From Macrostomum lignano (taxonomy: Eukaryota), in NCBI GenBank assembly GCA_002269645.1, contig NIVC01001387.1:1-60975 (forward strand): 60,975 nucleotides of DNA, read 5' to 3'. The notes beneath the pieces were generated by a model that made no database searches, had not been told where the DNA came from, and was given only the letters and a program-made list of their open reading frames with translations. The position numbers and the translations under genes are program-made. Shown piece after piece: positions 12,579 through 25,570 of this stretch (position 1 is the stretch's first letter; each line of letters starts with the position of its first letter).

Positions 12579-13812
12579 TTACCCTTAGGCAGTAAAGATT
12601 GAAATACCGGTCAGACAGAGAGACAGATCTTAGAGATTTTGTATATTGTGAAGGAATTACAAACTAAAACTTCCGTTAAACTTAGTTAACCAATATCGTC
12701 ACGGATTCGCAATTGCGCTTTTGAGAAAAAATTCTAAATTTGGAGAAAATGTCTTCAACTCCGCTTTATAAGGTGAAAACTGACTAGTGTGGTTCTGCAC
12801 AAACCTGTGATTTGATAAAGAAATCAACATAAGAAACGAAGTGGCTGTTTAGCCAGGAGCAAGATTGTGCACGTATCTACCTCAAATAAAGAGGTTGCTT
12901 TACAATGACCACGTAAAGATAGCATAAACACGTAGTCTACTGGCGCAAGCACACAGCGCTCGCAAAACAATCTTGATCTTGTGACCTGATTTGATCTGAA
13001 CCCTGGGAACGGACTAGCGGCGGCGCGAGTCTTACAAAGTTAGCAAAAAGCTGCATGCTAAAAGATTTGTTTCTTAGGAGGGTAATAACAAAATGTATTC
13101 CAACTCAAACAGTAACCATGTCTGTTTTTTGCTTTTGTTTAAGAAAGCCGCCTCTAATCATTTTTGCTATATAAATTACATCTATGCACACAAGAAAGCC
13201 TAACAAATGCCACGGACCCCTGAATAGTAGAAGGTCTGGACAAAAAACAGAAATTGGGGCTGTACGAGATGCGGCCCAAGATTTTTTACCCCAAGATTAA
13301 TTAAAAAGAAAATTCTTATAAGAGCTAAAGCTTAAAACGCCACTGTGCCTTCTGGAAAATTGGCATGCTTATGCCAGAGATGAGGGACTTCTTCTGAAGA
13401 GCAGATAATCAAATATGTCTACAAAATAATAGATCAAGTGTTTAAAACAACGAAAAGATCATATGAAACTTACGCCTGACATGAAAATATAATCCATATA
13501 AATAGATTAGTAGCTAGTATTCTGTAGGCTGCTGAACTCGATGCTTGGACAAGATGGGTGAAATTGATGGCTCGGGCGAGTAATTCCGATGGTTTGTTAA
13601 AGAAGCCAGCTCGATTTGCTCAAAAATGAAGTTAGACTTCCGATGTTTGTCACACCCGTCCACTAGAGTTCCTATGTATCTTTCAATTTCGTGATAGCGG
13701 AATCCAAATGTCGGTCTGACGCAGACTTTTCATCACTACACCATGCTTTTAAGCGAGACAAGTTATTAAATAATTGAAATGAATTATTTAGTATATCTGG
13801 CAAGATGTAAAG

Positions 13813-13870
13813 CAGGGGTCGGCAAACTTCGGCCCGAGAAGCCTCTCTATCCGGCCCTTGGGTCCTTGAT
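13813..13870 (+). mobile_element. Single end of a hAT-type MITE, same family as the end at 4809
   Basis: CAGGGGTCGGCAAACTTCGGCCCG..; no partner end found. Confidence 0.5.
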
Positions 13871-13989
13871 TCCTTTGAAACTTCACAAAAGCAATCCGGT
13901 TTGTGTCTCTTCTCAGCTCTCTTCTCTGTAATCCCGTCTCCTCTACTCTCGTCTAATCGTCTCTCCTCTTCTCCTGTCCTCTCGACTCA

Positions 13990-16590
13990 AAATGCAGCGT
14001 CCTTCACAAGACCGAAATTTCATAAGATCGAAATTTCATAACGCCGTAACCACCACAACCCAAGGAAAGGAAGGCGGACGCGAGCATTTGCGAAAATCGA
14101 GTAGCGTGACAGTGCGAATAGATACGACGGTCCAAAATTCGAAAAAAGATGGGAAAAATAATGAAGACGAGGTGCGCGCAGGTTTGTTGCGATACGCTTG
14201 CAGAGTAAAATAGACGGCCATAAAAACAGTATTCAATCAATAAAACGGCAGTCATCATTGCAAACAAAAGAAAAAAAGATAAAAGGAAGAAATCAGAACC
14301 GCACGAGTTGAGAAAAACAAAACTCTGTGCATTTGAGTTCAAGCAATAATTACAGGCATTGAGACAGTTTGCGAGCAGCCGCCAGCAGGAGATCGAAGCC
14401 CTTCTCCAGCCCCAGGTACACCTCAACCACCGAGCTCCGCCAGTCGCCCAGGGCCTTGACGACTGGCAGCGGCACACCGGTGCGGAACGCCAGCGAGGCA
14501 CCGCTGCGTCGAAGGCTGTGAGGAGACAGAGACCGGTCTGCCAGCCCGGCATGGTGGACGACGTGCCGAAACAGGCGACAGAACCGGGTGCCGGTCAGAG
14601 GCGTCAAGCCGCCGCTGCTTCGGTAGGCGAAGAGGTGGGCAGCAGCGGCGCGGTCGGGCTGGTTGATTCGCAGCTGGTGAAGCAGCGTTGCCACCGGGCA
14701 GAGCGGGTGGTGCGCCGCGTGTCAGAATTGCGGCAGGACCACGCGGTGCACTTGCTGGCGGAACTGATTTGTCTTGGGGCGCCGAATGTGCAGGATGGCC
14801 AGATCCCGCAGGTGACCGTCTCGCCAGCTGGTAGGAACGACATCGGGCAGCACAGGTTAGCGCGGCGCAGTAGGCCTCAGAATCCGACCAGGACCGCCGC
14901 CCAGAAGGCTGCATTTTGATGCTGCTGCAGGCGCAGGGTTTCTCGCAGTTTGAGGAGGTCACTTGGAGTGATGGGCGCCTTGCGTGCAGGCGGCTTGGGG
15001 AGTTTGCGCTGCACACCGCGGAGAAGCAGGTCGATACGGAGGAAGGCCGCGGCCGGTCTTGAGCTTTCAGTGCAGGTTTGCGGCGCTAATGTACGCACCG
15101 ACGCTGGCATGCGAAGAGAGGCGGTCGGACAGCGCGATGATGTAGTGCGCGACCTGCTGCAGAGACGGTCTGGTGCTGTCGATGCGCTTCTGCTTGCAGA
15201 ACCGCTTCCAGGAGTCGATCTGGCAGCGGTAAGAGCGCGCGGTTGTCTCAACGAAGGCCAAGTGGCAGAGCTCGCGGTAGCGCTTGCTGAAGTTCGCGCT
15301 CGGGACTTGAGGCGGGCGAGTAAGGCGAGAGAGTCGCAGGTGGCTGGCGAGAGGGTGTGCTCGCTAAGTTGCTAAGGTCAGGGTGAATAGAGCCAAAGAG
15401 CCGGAGCAGGAAGTTTGTCAGCTCGCTGATGTCATCGGCTCGGCTGCCACTATCAGCGAAGATCTGGAATGTCCCGGGGACGTGGAAGGCCTGGACGGAG
15501 AGGTCGCGGTGCGCAGCCAGGAGCATCAGCTGTTGCAGAGCCGAGTTGACGAGCCGATTAGGCGATGAGCCCTTATTGATGGCGCCGACTGGGGCGGTGC
15601 TGTCTGAGTAGATCACAAGCTGGCTGCCTGGTTGCAGCTGCTGCTGGAAATGCAGGGCCGTGAGCACTGGCGCGAGACTTTCCTTGAAGCTGATGTGCAG
15701 CGGCTCGATCTCGGTCGAGTCGCGGTGCTAGTCCATGATGAGCCAGCTGGTGGTGTCTGGGCCGCGGATGATGCCGCAGCCGCCCCAGCTGGACGTGTCG
15801 GACTCGATGGCTGGGCCCGTGGGAACGCCAGATTTTGTAGCTGAGGGAAGTGGCCAGGCAGGCGTCCCACCAGCTACGGATCTCGCGGAGATCATTGTGC
15901 ACGCGCAGTTTGTGCCGCTGAGCTCGAGCAGGAGTGGTCTCAGGAAGCACCTCCCGATGCGGACCACCTGGCAGACCCAGTTGATGCGGCCACAGAACGA
16001 TTGGAGTTGGCGTTTGGTGATGCGTTTGCGAGAGAGCGCGGACTGCAGCTGAGACTTGGTGGCGTCTAGCTTGTCCTTCGGAAGCTCCAGCAGGTCACTG
16101 ACGGTGTCGATGAGGACGCCCAGGTAGACCAGTCTGGTGCACGGCGCCACCACCTGGCTCCAGTTGATGAAGAAGCCAAGCTTCCTCAGCAGATTGAGCA
16201 GAGTGTCGAGAGCGAGCTGGCAGCTGTCCTTGCTGGGGGCTGCTACGGCGAAGTCGTCGAGATAGCTGCCGATGTCGTTAAAGCCCCGTCTCTGCATCAT
16301 GCTCTTGATGGTCCGGCTGAGGTGGTGAAAAATTTCAACGGAGGCGGCAGCGCCGAAGGGGAGCCGCGTGTCACAGATGTACGAGGGGCTTCGCTGTTGC
16401 TGAATTTCCATTTTAAGCCGCTGGCTCCTCGCCATCACGGTTTATAAAGTCCTTCACCAAAAGGGCCTTTGACGGTCCCGACGGCCTGACAGAGGTGCTG
16501 TAGAGGTCTTGAAGGCCCAGGTCTGGCAGTCCCAGCTCCGGCTCATAGGCAGCAGGAGACCGGACAATCTGTAGAGGTTCATTCATAGTA
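13990..16590 (-). mobile_element. DIRS-order (Ngaro-like) tyrosine-recombinase retrotransposon, internally deleted and frameshifted
   Basis: RT motifs LPFG and YLDDF (15728-16438). RNase H SDTSSWGG..YSDSTA..AINKGSS (about 15800-15400). An overlapping YR ORF has the SAM-like N-terminus (SYRCQIDSWKRFC), LLRRANL, HSLRRSGAS and DWRSSVVEVY, with stop at 14350. A short gag-like piece (KALLVKDFI) lies near 16450-16580. Confidence 0.9.
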
Positions 16591-16619
16591 TGCTACTGTA
16601 AGTAGAACCATGCACACAT

Positions 16620-17002
16620 GCGCAGCAAAACTTAAGCGATGAATCATGTTGTACGGCACGTACAAGACAAGTGCCGTTTGGATTTACCTAGATAGGTAAC
16701 ACTCTGGTCAACAGAGCACTGAAATTGATAGACGACACCTGCACGTAATAGCAGAGGTAGTTGTATGTTAGGGGCAGGGAACACTGGTTGAAGCCATCGG
16801 CCGTGCAAGACCATCTTACGAGCGTATGGCCTGTAGTGAATGTATCAAGAGTGAGCAAAAGGACAGGTTTACTGTCATCCACAGTTGCAATATCGATCAT
16901 CGCCTTAAGACTATTGAAGCTATGTACATTAAAAACTTGCAACCAACCTTAAATAAACAGTTGAGTTATTCCGGGGCTGGTGCTCTCCTGAGAGTGTTCT
17001 AG
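16620..17002 (+). mobile_element. Penelope-like element 3' remnant (GIY-YIG endonuclease end)
   Basis: Frameshifted translation gives (Y)IGNT..RHLHV..REH..KPSAVQDHL..FTVIHSC..LKTIEAMYIKNLQPTLNKQ..RVF*, typical of the PLE C-terminus. Confidence 0.65.
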
Positions 17003-17048
17003 CGTACATCCATTACCCACCTTGGTAGTTGGTTTTTTTCCTCAGTCT

Positions 17049-17053
<5 letters not shown>

Positions 17054-17121
<68 letters not shown>

Positions 17122-17136
17122 TCTCTCTCTCTCTCC
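17054..17136 (+). repeat. (CT)n microsatellite
   Basis: Nearly pure CT run. Confidence 0.95.
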
Positions 17137-17765
17137 CTTTGTCCGTCTCGCCTTTGATCAGGATCAATCTATCCCCTTGTTCATCCCCTTCATGTTCATG
17201 TTGTTCATGTTTGATTTAAGCTGTCATGTATGCTTCAGAATTACCATATATAGGGTTAGGCAAATACAGCTCTTAAAAACCGGTTCATTGATCAAACGGA
17301 CATTGGTTCTACGTGGGGTTCTGAGTCATGACTCCTAAAAATAGATATGCCTCCTTCTAGATTAAATTGACTATCTTAGAATATTACTTTCAGTAGGGCA
17401 CTACGGTATAGTTTATTAACTCTACATAGTAAAGTGTCGTGCTGTATTAACAGACGTTATAAAATTTCGGTCTTATCTAGTTTAAGTCCTGTGAAGGACA
17501 GTGCTTTTCGGCGCTATGCAATTTCGGTCTTGTGCAAGTGACACTTAGATTCATATTGACACAACTGCTAGGCTGGGCTCATAAAACGCTCTGTCATAGA
17601 GCGCAGATGAAGCCAGCTGGACACAAACCTTTCAGAGTAAAAAGCGCATGGTGCGTTCGCGTGGCTACCTGTTGCATTATTTAAAACGAAGCTTCGTCTC
17701 TAGCTTAAACTGTCTTTTGCTTTGATGCTACTTACTGCGTTAACATCACGACCGTAAAGAAGATG

Positions 17766-19340
17766 GAAAACACGCAGTTAGACAAATAAACACAGTTAAA
17801 GCTAGAGGCGCAGTTGACTTCTAAAAACTACAGTAAGCAGTCTCGCGCATGCAGAGGCGTTCGAAAATTATTACATATTATTAGAAGGACACTACGCAAC
17901 TACGTGTCTATTTGTCTAAAGAAACTGACTGCGTGCAAAATACAAGTGTACGGAAGCAGAATAACACGCAGTGAGCGTATTTTCGAACGCCTGTGCATGC
18001 GCGAGACTGCTTGGTGTAGTTATTAGAAGGCAACTGCGCCTCTAGCTTAAACCGTGTCTATTTGTCTAAAGAAACTGACTGCGTGCAAAATACAAGTGTA
18101 CGGAAGCAGAATAACACGCAGTGAGCGTATTTTCGAACGCCTGTGCATGCGCGAGACTGCTTGGTGTAGTTATTAGAAGGCAACTGCGCCTCTAGCTTCA
18201 ACCGTGTCTATTTGTCTAAAGAAACTGACTGCGTGCAAAATACAAGTGTACGGAAGCAGAATAACACGCAGTGAGCGTATTTTCGAACGCCTGTGCATGC
18301 GCGAGACTGCTTGGTGTAGTTATTAGAAGGCAACTGCGCCTCTAGCTTCAACCGTGTCTATTTGTCTAAAGAAACTGACGAAGTTGTCGAAGCTGAGCCA
18401 CATCTCACGACACGTGAAATGGCAGAGTACTCTGCCATGACCATCGACCGCGGCCTTTATCAGCTAGGCAAAGTACAGAAGCTTGGTCGATGGGTTCCGC
18501 ATGAACTTTCACCTGAGAACAAGAATCAGCGCATCATCACATGCACCCAACTCCTGTCCTATCGTCGCAACCCAGGATGGCTCGATATCCTGGTTACTGG
18601 CGATGGGAAGTGGGTGGCCTACTTCAACATCACACGCAAGCGCCAGTCGCTTGGCATGGGTGATCAGCCACAGCCAACGCCCAAACCTGATCCACACCAA
18701 AAGGTCATGCTGTGCGTCTGGTAGAATTCCAGTGGAATTGTCCACTGGGAGCTTCTGCCTCGTAACACCAGCATCACTGCCGATGTCTTCTGTGAACAGC
18801 TGGACAGACTGCACCAGGCTATTGTCAAGCAGCAGAGCGCTGGCGCAAAAATTCGATTTCTTCACGACAACGCCAGACCTCACGTGGCGAAGAAGACACT
18901 ACAGAAGCTGCTCGAGCTGGGCTGGGAAGTCATGCCCCACCCTCCATACTCGCCTGATCTTGCGCGATCAGACTACCACCTGTTCCGCTCAATGCAGAAC
19001 CACATAAATGGTGTGACGTTAAAAGACAAGGAGGAGGTGAAAGCCTGGCTCGAGCACTTCAAGTCGCTGCCGCCTGAGTTCTTTAAGAAGGGCATCCACA
19101 ATCTCATCGCCCGATGGCAACAGGTCATCGATCAGGATGGTGATTATATCCTTGAATAGAAACTCTGATGGGACTGGAAAAATGAGTTCAAAGTTTGAGT
19201 ACAAAAACGCTCGAAACTTTTTTACAACCCAATACAAGTGTACGGAAGCAGAATAACACGCCGTGAGCGTATTTTCGAACGCCTGTGCATGCATGCGCGA
19301 GACTGCTTGCTTTAGTTATTAGAATGAAACTGCGCATTCT
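17766..19340. repeat. 150-bp tandem array (about 4 units) preceded by an inverted partial unit
   Basis: Unit starts GTGTCTATTTGTCTAAAG at 17904, 18054, 18204 and 18354. 17770-17870 is a reverse-complement copy of about 100 nt of the unit. The fourth unit resumes after the mariner at 19235. Confidence 0.9.
18380..19232 (+). mobile_element. Mariner (D,D34D) transposon, 5'-truncated, transposase pseudogene
   Basis: WVPHELS, TGDGKW, HDNARPH and HPPYSPDLARSDY (34 aa spacing). In-frame stop at 18722-18724, final stop 19159. Right TIR ..CGAAACTTTTTTACAACCCAA followed by TA (19233-19234). Confidence 0.92.
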
Positions 19341-20096
19341 ACCGCTCTTCGGCTGGTGCAGGATAAACAGTTGGCTAGGCGATGTTATCGCAGCTACTGC
19401 AAAAAAGTTATTTGGGATATTTGTCAGTGGAAATAAAGAAGCTTATTCAGCAGTTTCTTCGACACACTTCGACGTGTCGTTCGAAGACAATTAGCCCAAT
19501 AATCCGAGCCAGTACACTGAGTTATCACCGCGGTCAATTGTGCACCAGACAATTAGTCAGACATGAGACCGTACGTTAAATTATCGGCCCAGCGAGTTTG
19601 AGAATTCTAGCGAGTCAAATACTCGTAGTTCGGGGAATTTTAGACTCTTGCGTGACGTTTAGCCAATTTCTGTTAGTGTCAGATTGTCTAGTAGTCACGA
19701 AATACGAGTACTACTTGTAATAGTCGATAGAGGAATTTTTAGGTATAATTTCCCTAGAAGACATTGACTTGTTGATTCTTAACAGATCTTATCTCTAATC
19801 TTCTTGGGTTGCTGCACAAGTACTTGCAAGAACGTGCAAGATCTTCGCTATATTACAGTATAATACTTAGGTAAAATTACCAGATCTGGGCGACTTGCTA
19901 CATCGTACTAGCTCTTAGCTTTTATATCTTTTTATAGCTTCGAATATCGCATATTTTAACAAATTTATTATCCCATTTTGCCATAAAATAAAAAAATAAT
20001 AAAGCTAGAACACTTTGGCCAAATGAATGACAAAACAAATGTGCCTCCCTTAGAAGATCCGGCAAGAACCGAGGCCGCAGATTGAGAAGATCTACT

Positions 20097-20284
20097 CAGG
20101 GGCGGACCCAGGATTTTATCGAGGGGGGGGGGGGGCAAGCCTCACGTCTGGTCAGGCCAGAGCTGCAATTAAGGGTACCATGATACGGCCAATACAGCAT
20201 GATACCAATACATCTGAGGATTTTTTTGGCAGAGCTGAGGGGGGGGCCATGGCCCCCTTGGCCCCCCCCCTCGGTCCGCCCCTG
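20097..20284. mobile_element. hAT-type MITE (188 bp)
   Basis: TIR CAGGGGCGGACC / GGTCCGCCCCTG; 8-bp TSD GATCTACT/GATCTGCT. Confidence 0.85.
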
Positions 20285-22247
20285 GATCTGCTAAGAATGG
20301 CACAGAGACAAGATCTGCTACAGAAGTTTGAGAAATAAATAAAACAATGTTTTGCAAGATGAATGTTTTGCAAGCCTGATTGATACGTAATTGAGAAACA
20401 GAATGTTTCTCAAACTTTTACATTTGGTGTTCTATGATAGGATTTAATTAATAAGTTTAATAAGTTTTAACCCTTATTATTGGTGGAATCGGCGTTGGAA
20501 TTACCAGATTCTTAATTAAGTTGACGCCTTCTACATTTGGTATAAGCAATTGGTGGGATTTGAATTTCCGTCTGTTCACCACCGACTTTTGAGACCTGTA
20601 ACACTAGCCAATCTCGTTTTCCCTGCTTGCATACAAAATGGAAGCCTATCGAATGCGGTCTTCTAGCGCGACGCTATTTGCTACTCTGATTCAAATCCAA
20701 GAGCTCATGTTGCGCAATGGAAAATTCCTAATGGAAATTCAATTCAATAACTCCTCAATGACGTGAAACAAGGTGGAATGGATCCGTCTTGAGGCTTTTT
20801 ATTGGTACTGAAAAAGCGTTGACTACTCTAATAAGGAGGATTTATTTTTACTAACTGTTACGCTGATAAGTATGCTTTTCTTTGTTTTCTTTCGCTGTAC
20901 ACCTGCAAGCCTGTTTGATACGTAACAGCGTAATTTTTTATAGCGGTTTTATTTGTAAAAAAATAGATATTTTTAAAAAGTGTCCTGTCATGACAATACT
21001 TAAGGGCCGGGCCGCGGCACTTATATTTTTAAAGGCCATCAACCTATTTCATAACGAGGGGACTTGTTATATTTTTTAAATGGGATGTATAAACCTACGT
21101 CTACGTCCACACTTTTGGTCTGGAAATATAATTGCGTTACCTATATGTATGTGACGTGCACCAGAACATTCCTTGGCTTTATCATAAATCTGATTCGGCC
21201 AATGCTAGGCCCTAGGCCTACTCTGCTGCGTTGTAATACTGCTTTTTTTCGCTTGAGACAAGGTGCAAAATCGCACCCTATACTCACTTTCAGGGTGGAA
21301 TTTGAAGGCTAAGAGTGCAATTTTTCTTTTTTCTTATGTTAAGACAGTGCAAATGAGGCTTCAACTTCAACAGAAAAATAGGTTATAGGCCTAGGCACCT
21401 AAACTGCACCCACTTTTCAATTTCAGGGTACGATTTTAAAATTTAAGGTTCATATGCACACTCTGTGCACAAAAAATCAACCCAGCTAGGCCTATAGGCC
21501 TATGGGGCTATGGCTATTTTTTACACTATTTTCTATTAGTATTAAGTGCTAATTTTAGTATTTAGACTTTTAGTAAATATTTTTATTACAATGATGATAA
21601 TAGAAAGAAAAACAATGATCAATCTCAAAACTCAGATCAAGATTGAGAAAAATGCCAAATTATTCATGATCAATATTCAGATCAAAATCTTATCTAACCA
21701 GTAACCTTAATTAATCGTGATTAGAGTTTGCTAGTGTTTTGTACTTTTTTAGGTATATTTTAGGTATAGTTTCTAGGTTGATAATACAGTTTACTAAAAG
21801 TATCTTTGTTTTACTCTACCTATTTCTAATATTTTTTTCAATTTTTAACATTAATAACTATGGCTATCGGAATCTATGGAATGTGACAGCAACTACCATA
21901 TTTCCATAGTCATAGCTGTAAAAGCAGCTAGCTACCGTAAGTGTATCTGTAGCAGTGTAGCTGCCATAGGCACCTATTTTACCATATTTGCTATAGGATC
22001 CTGTAGCCATAGCTATAGCTTTGGCGGAACACTAGGCATATATTAAGCACTATGTCTAGACTATAGCCAATATTAAAAAACAGATTTAGTATACATTATA
22101 GCTAAAAAGTATAGCCCAATTTCAATATTAAACATTAATACTCTAAAAATTATCAACCTAAAATGATATTCTTATATCAATACATAGAATAGTATTTGTG
22201 TACTATATGTGTACTATGCGTGTATATGTGTATATGTATATTATATG

Positions 22248-22537
22248 CATACATGCGCAACCTCCGAAATTTTGTTTGCCATGCGACTTAGTTTTAACAA
22301 AAATGCGATATAGGTTTTGGCCAAAAATGCGACTTTATATAAAAAAACCTAAAGCAAAATTAATGCAACTCTAGGTAAATGGCAGGAGTAACTATGACTA
22401 CCTCGTCAAATGCCTCGTCAGCTACTTAGTACTACTTCTTGGTTATTTTTTCGGGATGGCATTTTTGCAACTTTCTTGGTTGGCTGCCAAATCAGTCGGC
22501 TGGATCGGCCAACTTGGCCGACTGTTGTGCATATATG
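22248..22537. mobile_element. MITE carrying a 28S rRNA-derived segment, copy 1
   Basis: TIR CATACATGCGCAAC / GTTGTGCATATATG; perfect 8-bp TSD ATTATATG; rRNA-like core at 22374-22430; homologous over its length to 35915-36202. Confidence 0.9.
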
Positions 22538-22998
22538 ATTATATGTGTACTATTTGTGTACTTGTGCAATAGTATTGCCTAAATTTGAGTATTGCCAATA
22601 CTTTAGTCTAATATTTAGTCTAATACTTTTTTATTTTTAGGCTTTTTATAGACAAAAAATTATAGACAAGAGACCATAGTATCAATTATGGCAATTATAT
22701 ATGTCATATATTAGTATATACCAGGTTTATGTACCAAGACCATAAATTTGCCATTGATACAATGTATCTGCTATGTCGTATATGCTAGGATATATTTTAA
22801 TGTATGCTCAAAAATAAGATAAGTACCTTTATTATGCATTGAAAAATGGTAAGTACCCTTGTTGTATGCCAAGAAATCATGGAATACATGTCGCCTTCTA
22901 AACTATAAGTTTTTGGCTTTGCTATTCACTATTGGCACTTATAAATAAACTGTAATCAGCATGTTAAAATGATATTAATGAAACTTGTTTGTTAATAA

Positions 22999-23960
22999 TC
23001 TAGATATACTAAATCTCTAATATTTGTATGCTTGTCCATAACGCTCTAGAGATTGCAATTCTTTACCGATTTTGATCGCGTTTTCGCCAAAACATTCAAA
23101 ATTGGCTGGAAAGAAGACAGTTAAAATTTCTTTAATCTGCTTCAATGCTAAAGGGATTAAATATTTGAAAAACCGTTTTTTGCCATGGAATTTCCATGCT
23201 CAGTGAAAAAATGCTTCGTGGCTGCTATTTGGCTGCTAGTTGATTAAGCTTGTGTCACCATTCCTGCCTATCTCGCCTGTGTATTTCATTCAGCTAGGCC
23301 TAGGCTAATGTGCGTTAAAAAAGAATGGGGGTTCTTTGGCTCACTTTGGCAATGTGCAAAGGCATGTGTACCCCTTCCATCCATCCATCCAATCTAAATA
23401 TACTAAATCTCTAATATCCACCTATACTAAATCTCTAAGATCTGTCTGTCTGTTTGTCTATCTGAAATGCTCTAGAGCTTGCAATTCTTGACCAATTTTG
23501 ATCGCGTTTTCGCCAAAAGATTCAAAATTGTCTAGAAAGAAGACAGTTAAAATTTCTTTAATCTGCTTCAATGCTAAAGGGATTAAATATTCAAAAAACG
23601 GTTTTAAATGTGCAAATTCAATGTATCTTTTATCAAACTGCTTACAGCGAAAGAATTCACAGCCAATTTTAATGATTGCACCAGAGCAACTGATCAGAAA
23701 ACTCACTGGGCCCCACTGGCGAGATAATTACTCTATTTAAATTGTGCAACCATTAAATGGGTGAATATAAAAAGTACTCTTGATGCTGGCAGACAGCTCT
23801 AATTAGCTATTGCTCTACAGACTGAAATTCTTGACCAATATTGATTGCATTTTTGCCAAAAGATTCAAAATTGTCTGGAAAGAAGACAGTTAAAATTTCT
23901 TTAATCTTGTTTAATGTTCAAGGCATTAAATATTCGAAAATCAAGTTTTCCCTATGCTTT
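22999..23960 (+). mobile_element. Cluster of related non-autonomous Helitron-like fragments
   Basis: A|TC starts at 22999 and 23393, followed by TATACTAAATCTCTAA and (GTCT)n. A shared block CCGATTTTGATCGCGTTTTCGCCAAAA..AAAGGGATTAAATATT occurs at about 23060, 23490 and 23830. Confidence 0.55.
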
Positions 23961-25449
23961 TTATGGAAGGCCAAGCAAGGTTGAATTCTTGACTGGCTGA
24001 ATTCCAAATCTAATTTTAATTGCGCCACAACTGCGTACTGCATATTCTCGCCATAAACTGACTCTAAGCTTTATAGGTGCATGCTCAGTGGCTGCGTGTG
24101 TACATTCTTCTGACCCTGGCTGAATGGCGGACTGCATAGAAAGTTGCTATTTATAGTTTTCTATAAACTGTGCAATGGCTCTGCTAGCACCAAACTTGTG
24201 CACACAAAGCATATATGGCTGATTTTTGCGCCCTCCCATCAGTAGGTGGAATAGCTGCAGCGTAGGCACTAGGACTAGGTTTAGGATAGGCGTAAGGTCC
24301 AAGGTTTGAGTCCGCCTCCCTGGCCGATAATTAAAATTAAATAAATTAGTTCATTTATAGCTTGTGCCTCATTAATTGAATCATTTTTGATTAATTAGCA
24401 AGCCACACTAAAATAATTATTTTTGCTATTCGGCTGAGTTGCTAAGCAAATTTGTTTTGTAAGAAACTGTTTCATGTATTACTGCTCCCGAATTGCAGAT
24501 GATGCTGCTAAATAGCTAAACAGCTGAAGGTACTGCTAAATGCTGAGCTGCGCAAAAGACTGCGATATGTATCGAAAATTGATGAATGAGCCACACTAAC
24601 TGCTGAGCAAATTTTCAGATTATTGAAAGAATCATTGCTGAGAAGACTGAGGAGCTGGCCTAGAGGAGAACTGCAGACTGCTGAGGGGAACTGCAGATTG
24701 TCGAAAGGATCATTCATGCAAAACTGCAAAGGGAAAAATTGAAAAAAACTGCTAAAGTAGTTCCTCTAGACTTATGTGTGTATAGCAAAGCAAGTTTTTG
24801 AGGGGATAACTGCGGACTGCTGAGTGAAGTATTGTAGTTTGCTGCTGTTAATGAAAGTTGTAGACAGCAAGGTGGATACTCGTACCTGCAGGCTGCTAAG
24901 AGTATGACTGCAGTCTGTTTGCGCGATTAGAAGGGATAGCTAATTTCAGGTTGTTGTGGGGATAACTGCCGATTTCTGGGGGGGGGTTAATTCAAACTGC
25001 GAAGTTACTAAACTTCTAGAATAGTATAAGGTTTTTAGTAGAAGGTCGGCAGTTCGAGTCTACATTGAAGCAGCGAATTTATCTTTGTGACAATAATCAT
25101 TGTTTCCGATGGGGATTCATGCAAATTTTCAACATTATATTTTGTATATACTTTTGCTGGGGCTACGCTAAGCTTTAAGAGCAGCACTTATCTGCTGCAA
25201 GTGCTAATTTGCAAAGGCTATTGCTAAACTAGGTGAGCGGCACTAATCGGGGAGACTGGAGAGCAGTGCTAATCTGACGCATTTAATAAAATAATAAATA
25301 TGTAAGACGATTACAAATCAAATTTAGCCTGCAGGTTGCAAAAACATTTCAAATGGTTTCGATTATTCAGAAGCAATACATGTATGGCCTTAAGCAAAGA
25401 TTAGTGGCCATCTGCTCACTGATTGTGCAAAACAGTGCTGATAAACAAT

Positions 25450-25570
25450 TACTAAACTTCTGGTGAAGCATTGCTAAACTGTTGGTGAAGCATTCCTAAA
25501 CTGCTGGTAAAGCATTGCTGAAATGCTGGTGAACCATTTCTGAAATGCTGGTGAACCATTGCTAAACTGC
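25450..25570 (+). repeat. Degenerate 21-bp tandem repeat
   Basis: CTAAACTG(C/T)TGGTGAAGCATT-like units, about 5-6 copies. Confidence 0.7.

Noticed and set aside
14359-15375. Plus-strand ORFs of 186 and 141 aa, and other overlapping ORFs in the DIRS element
   Set aside because: Antisense or alternative-frame shadows of GC-rich coding DNA, with no recognisable motifs
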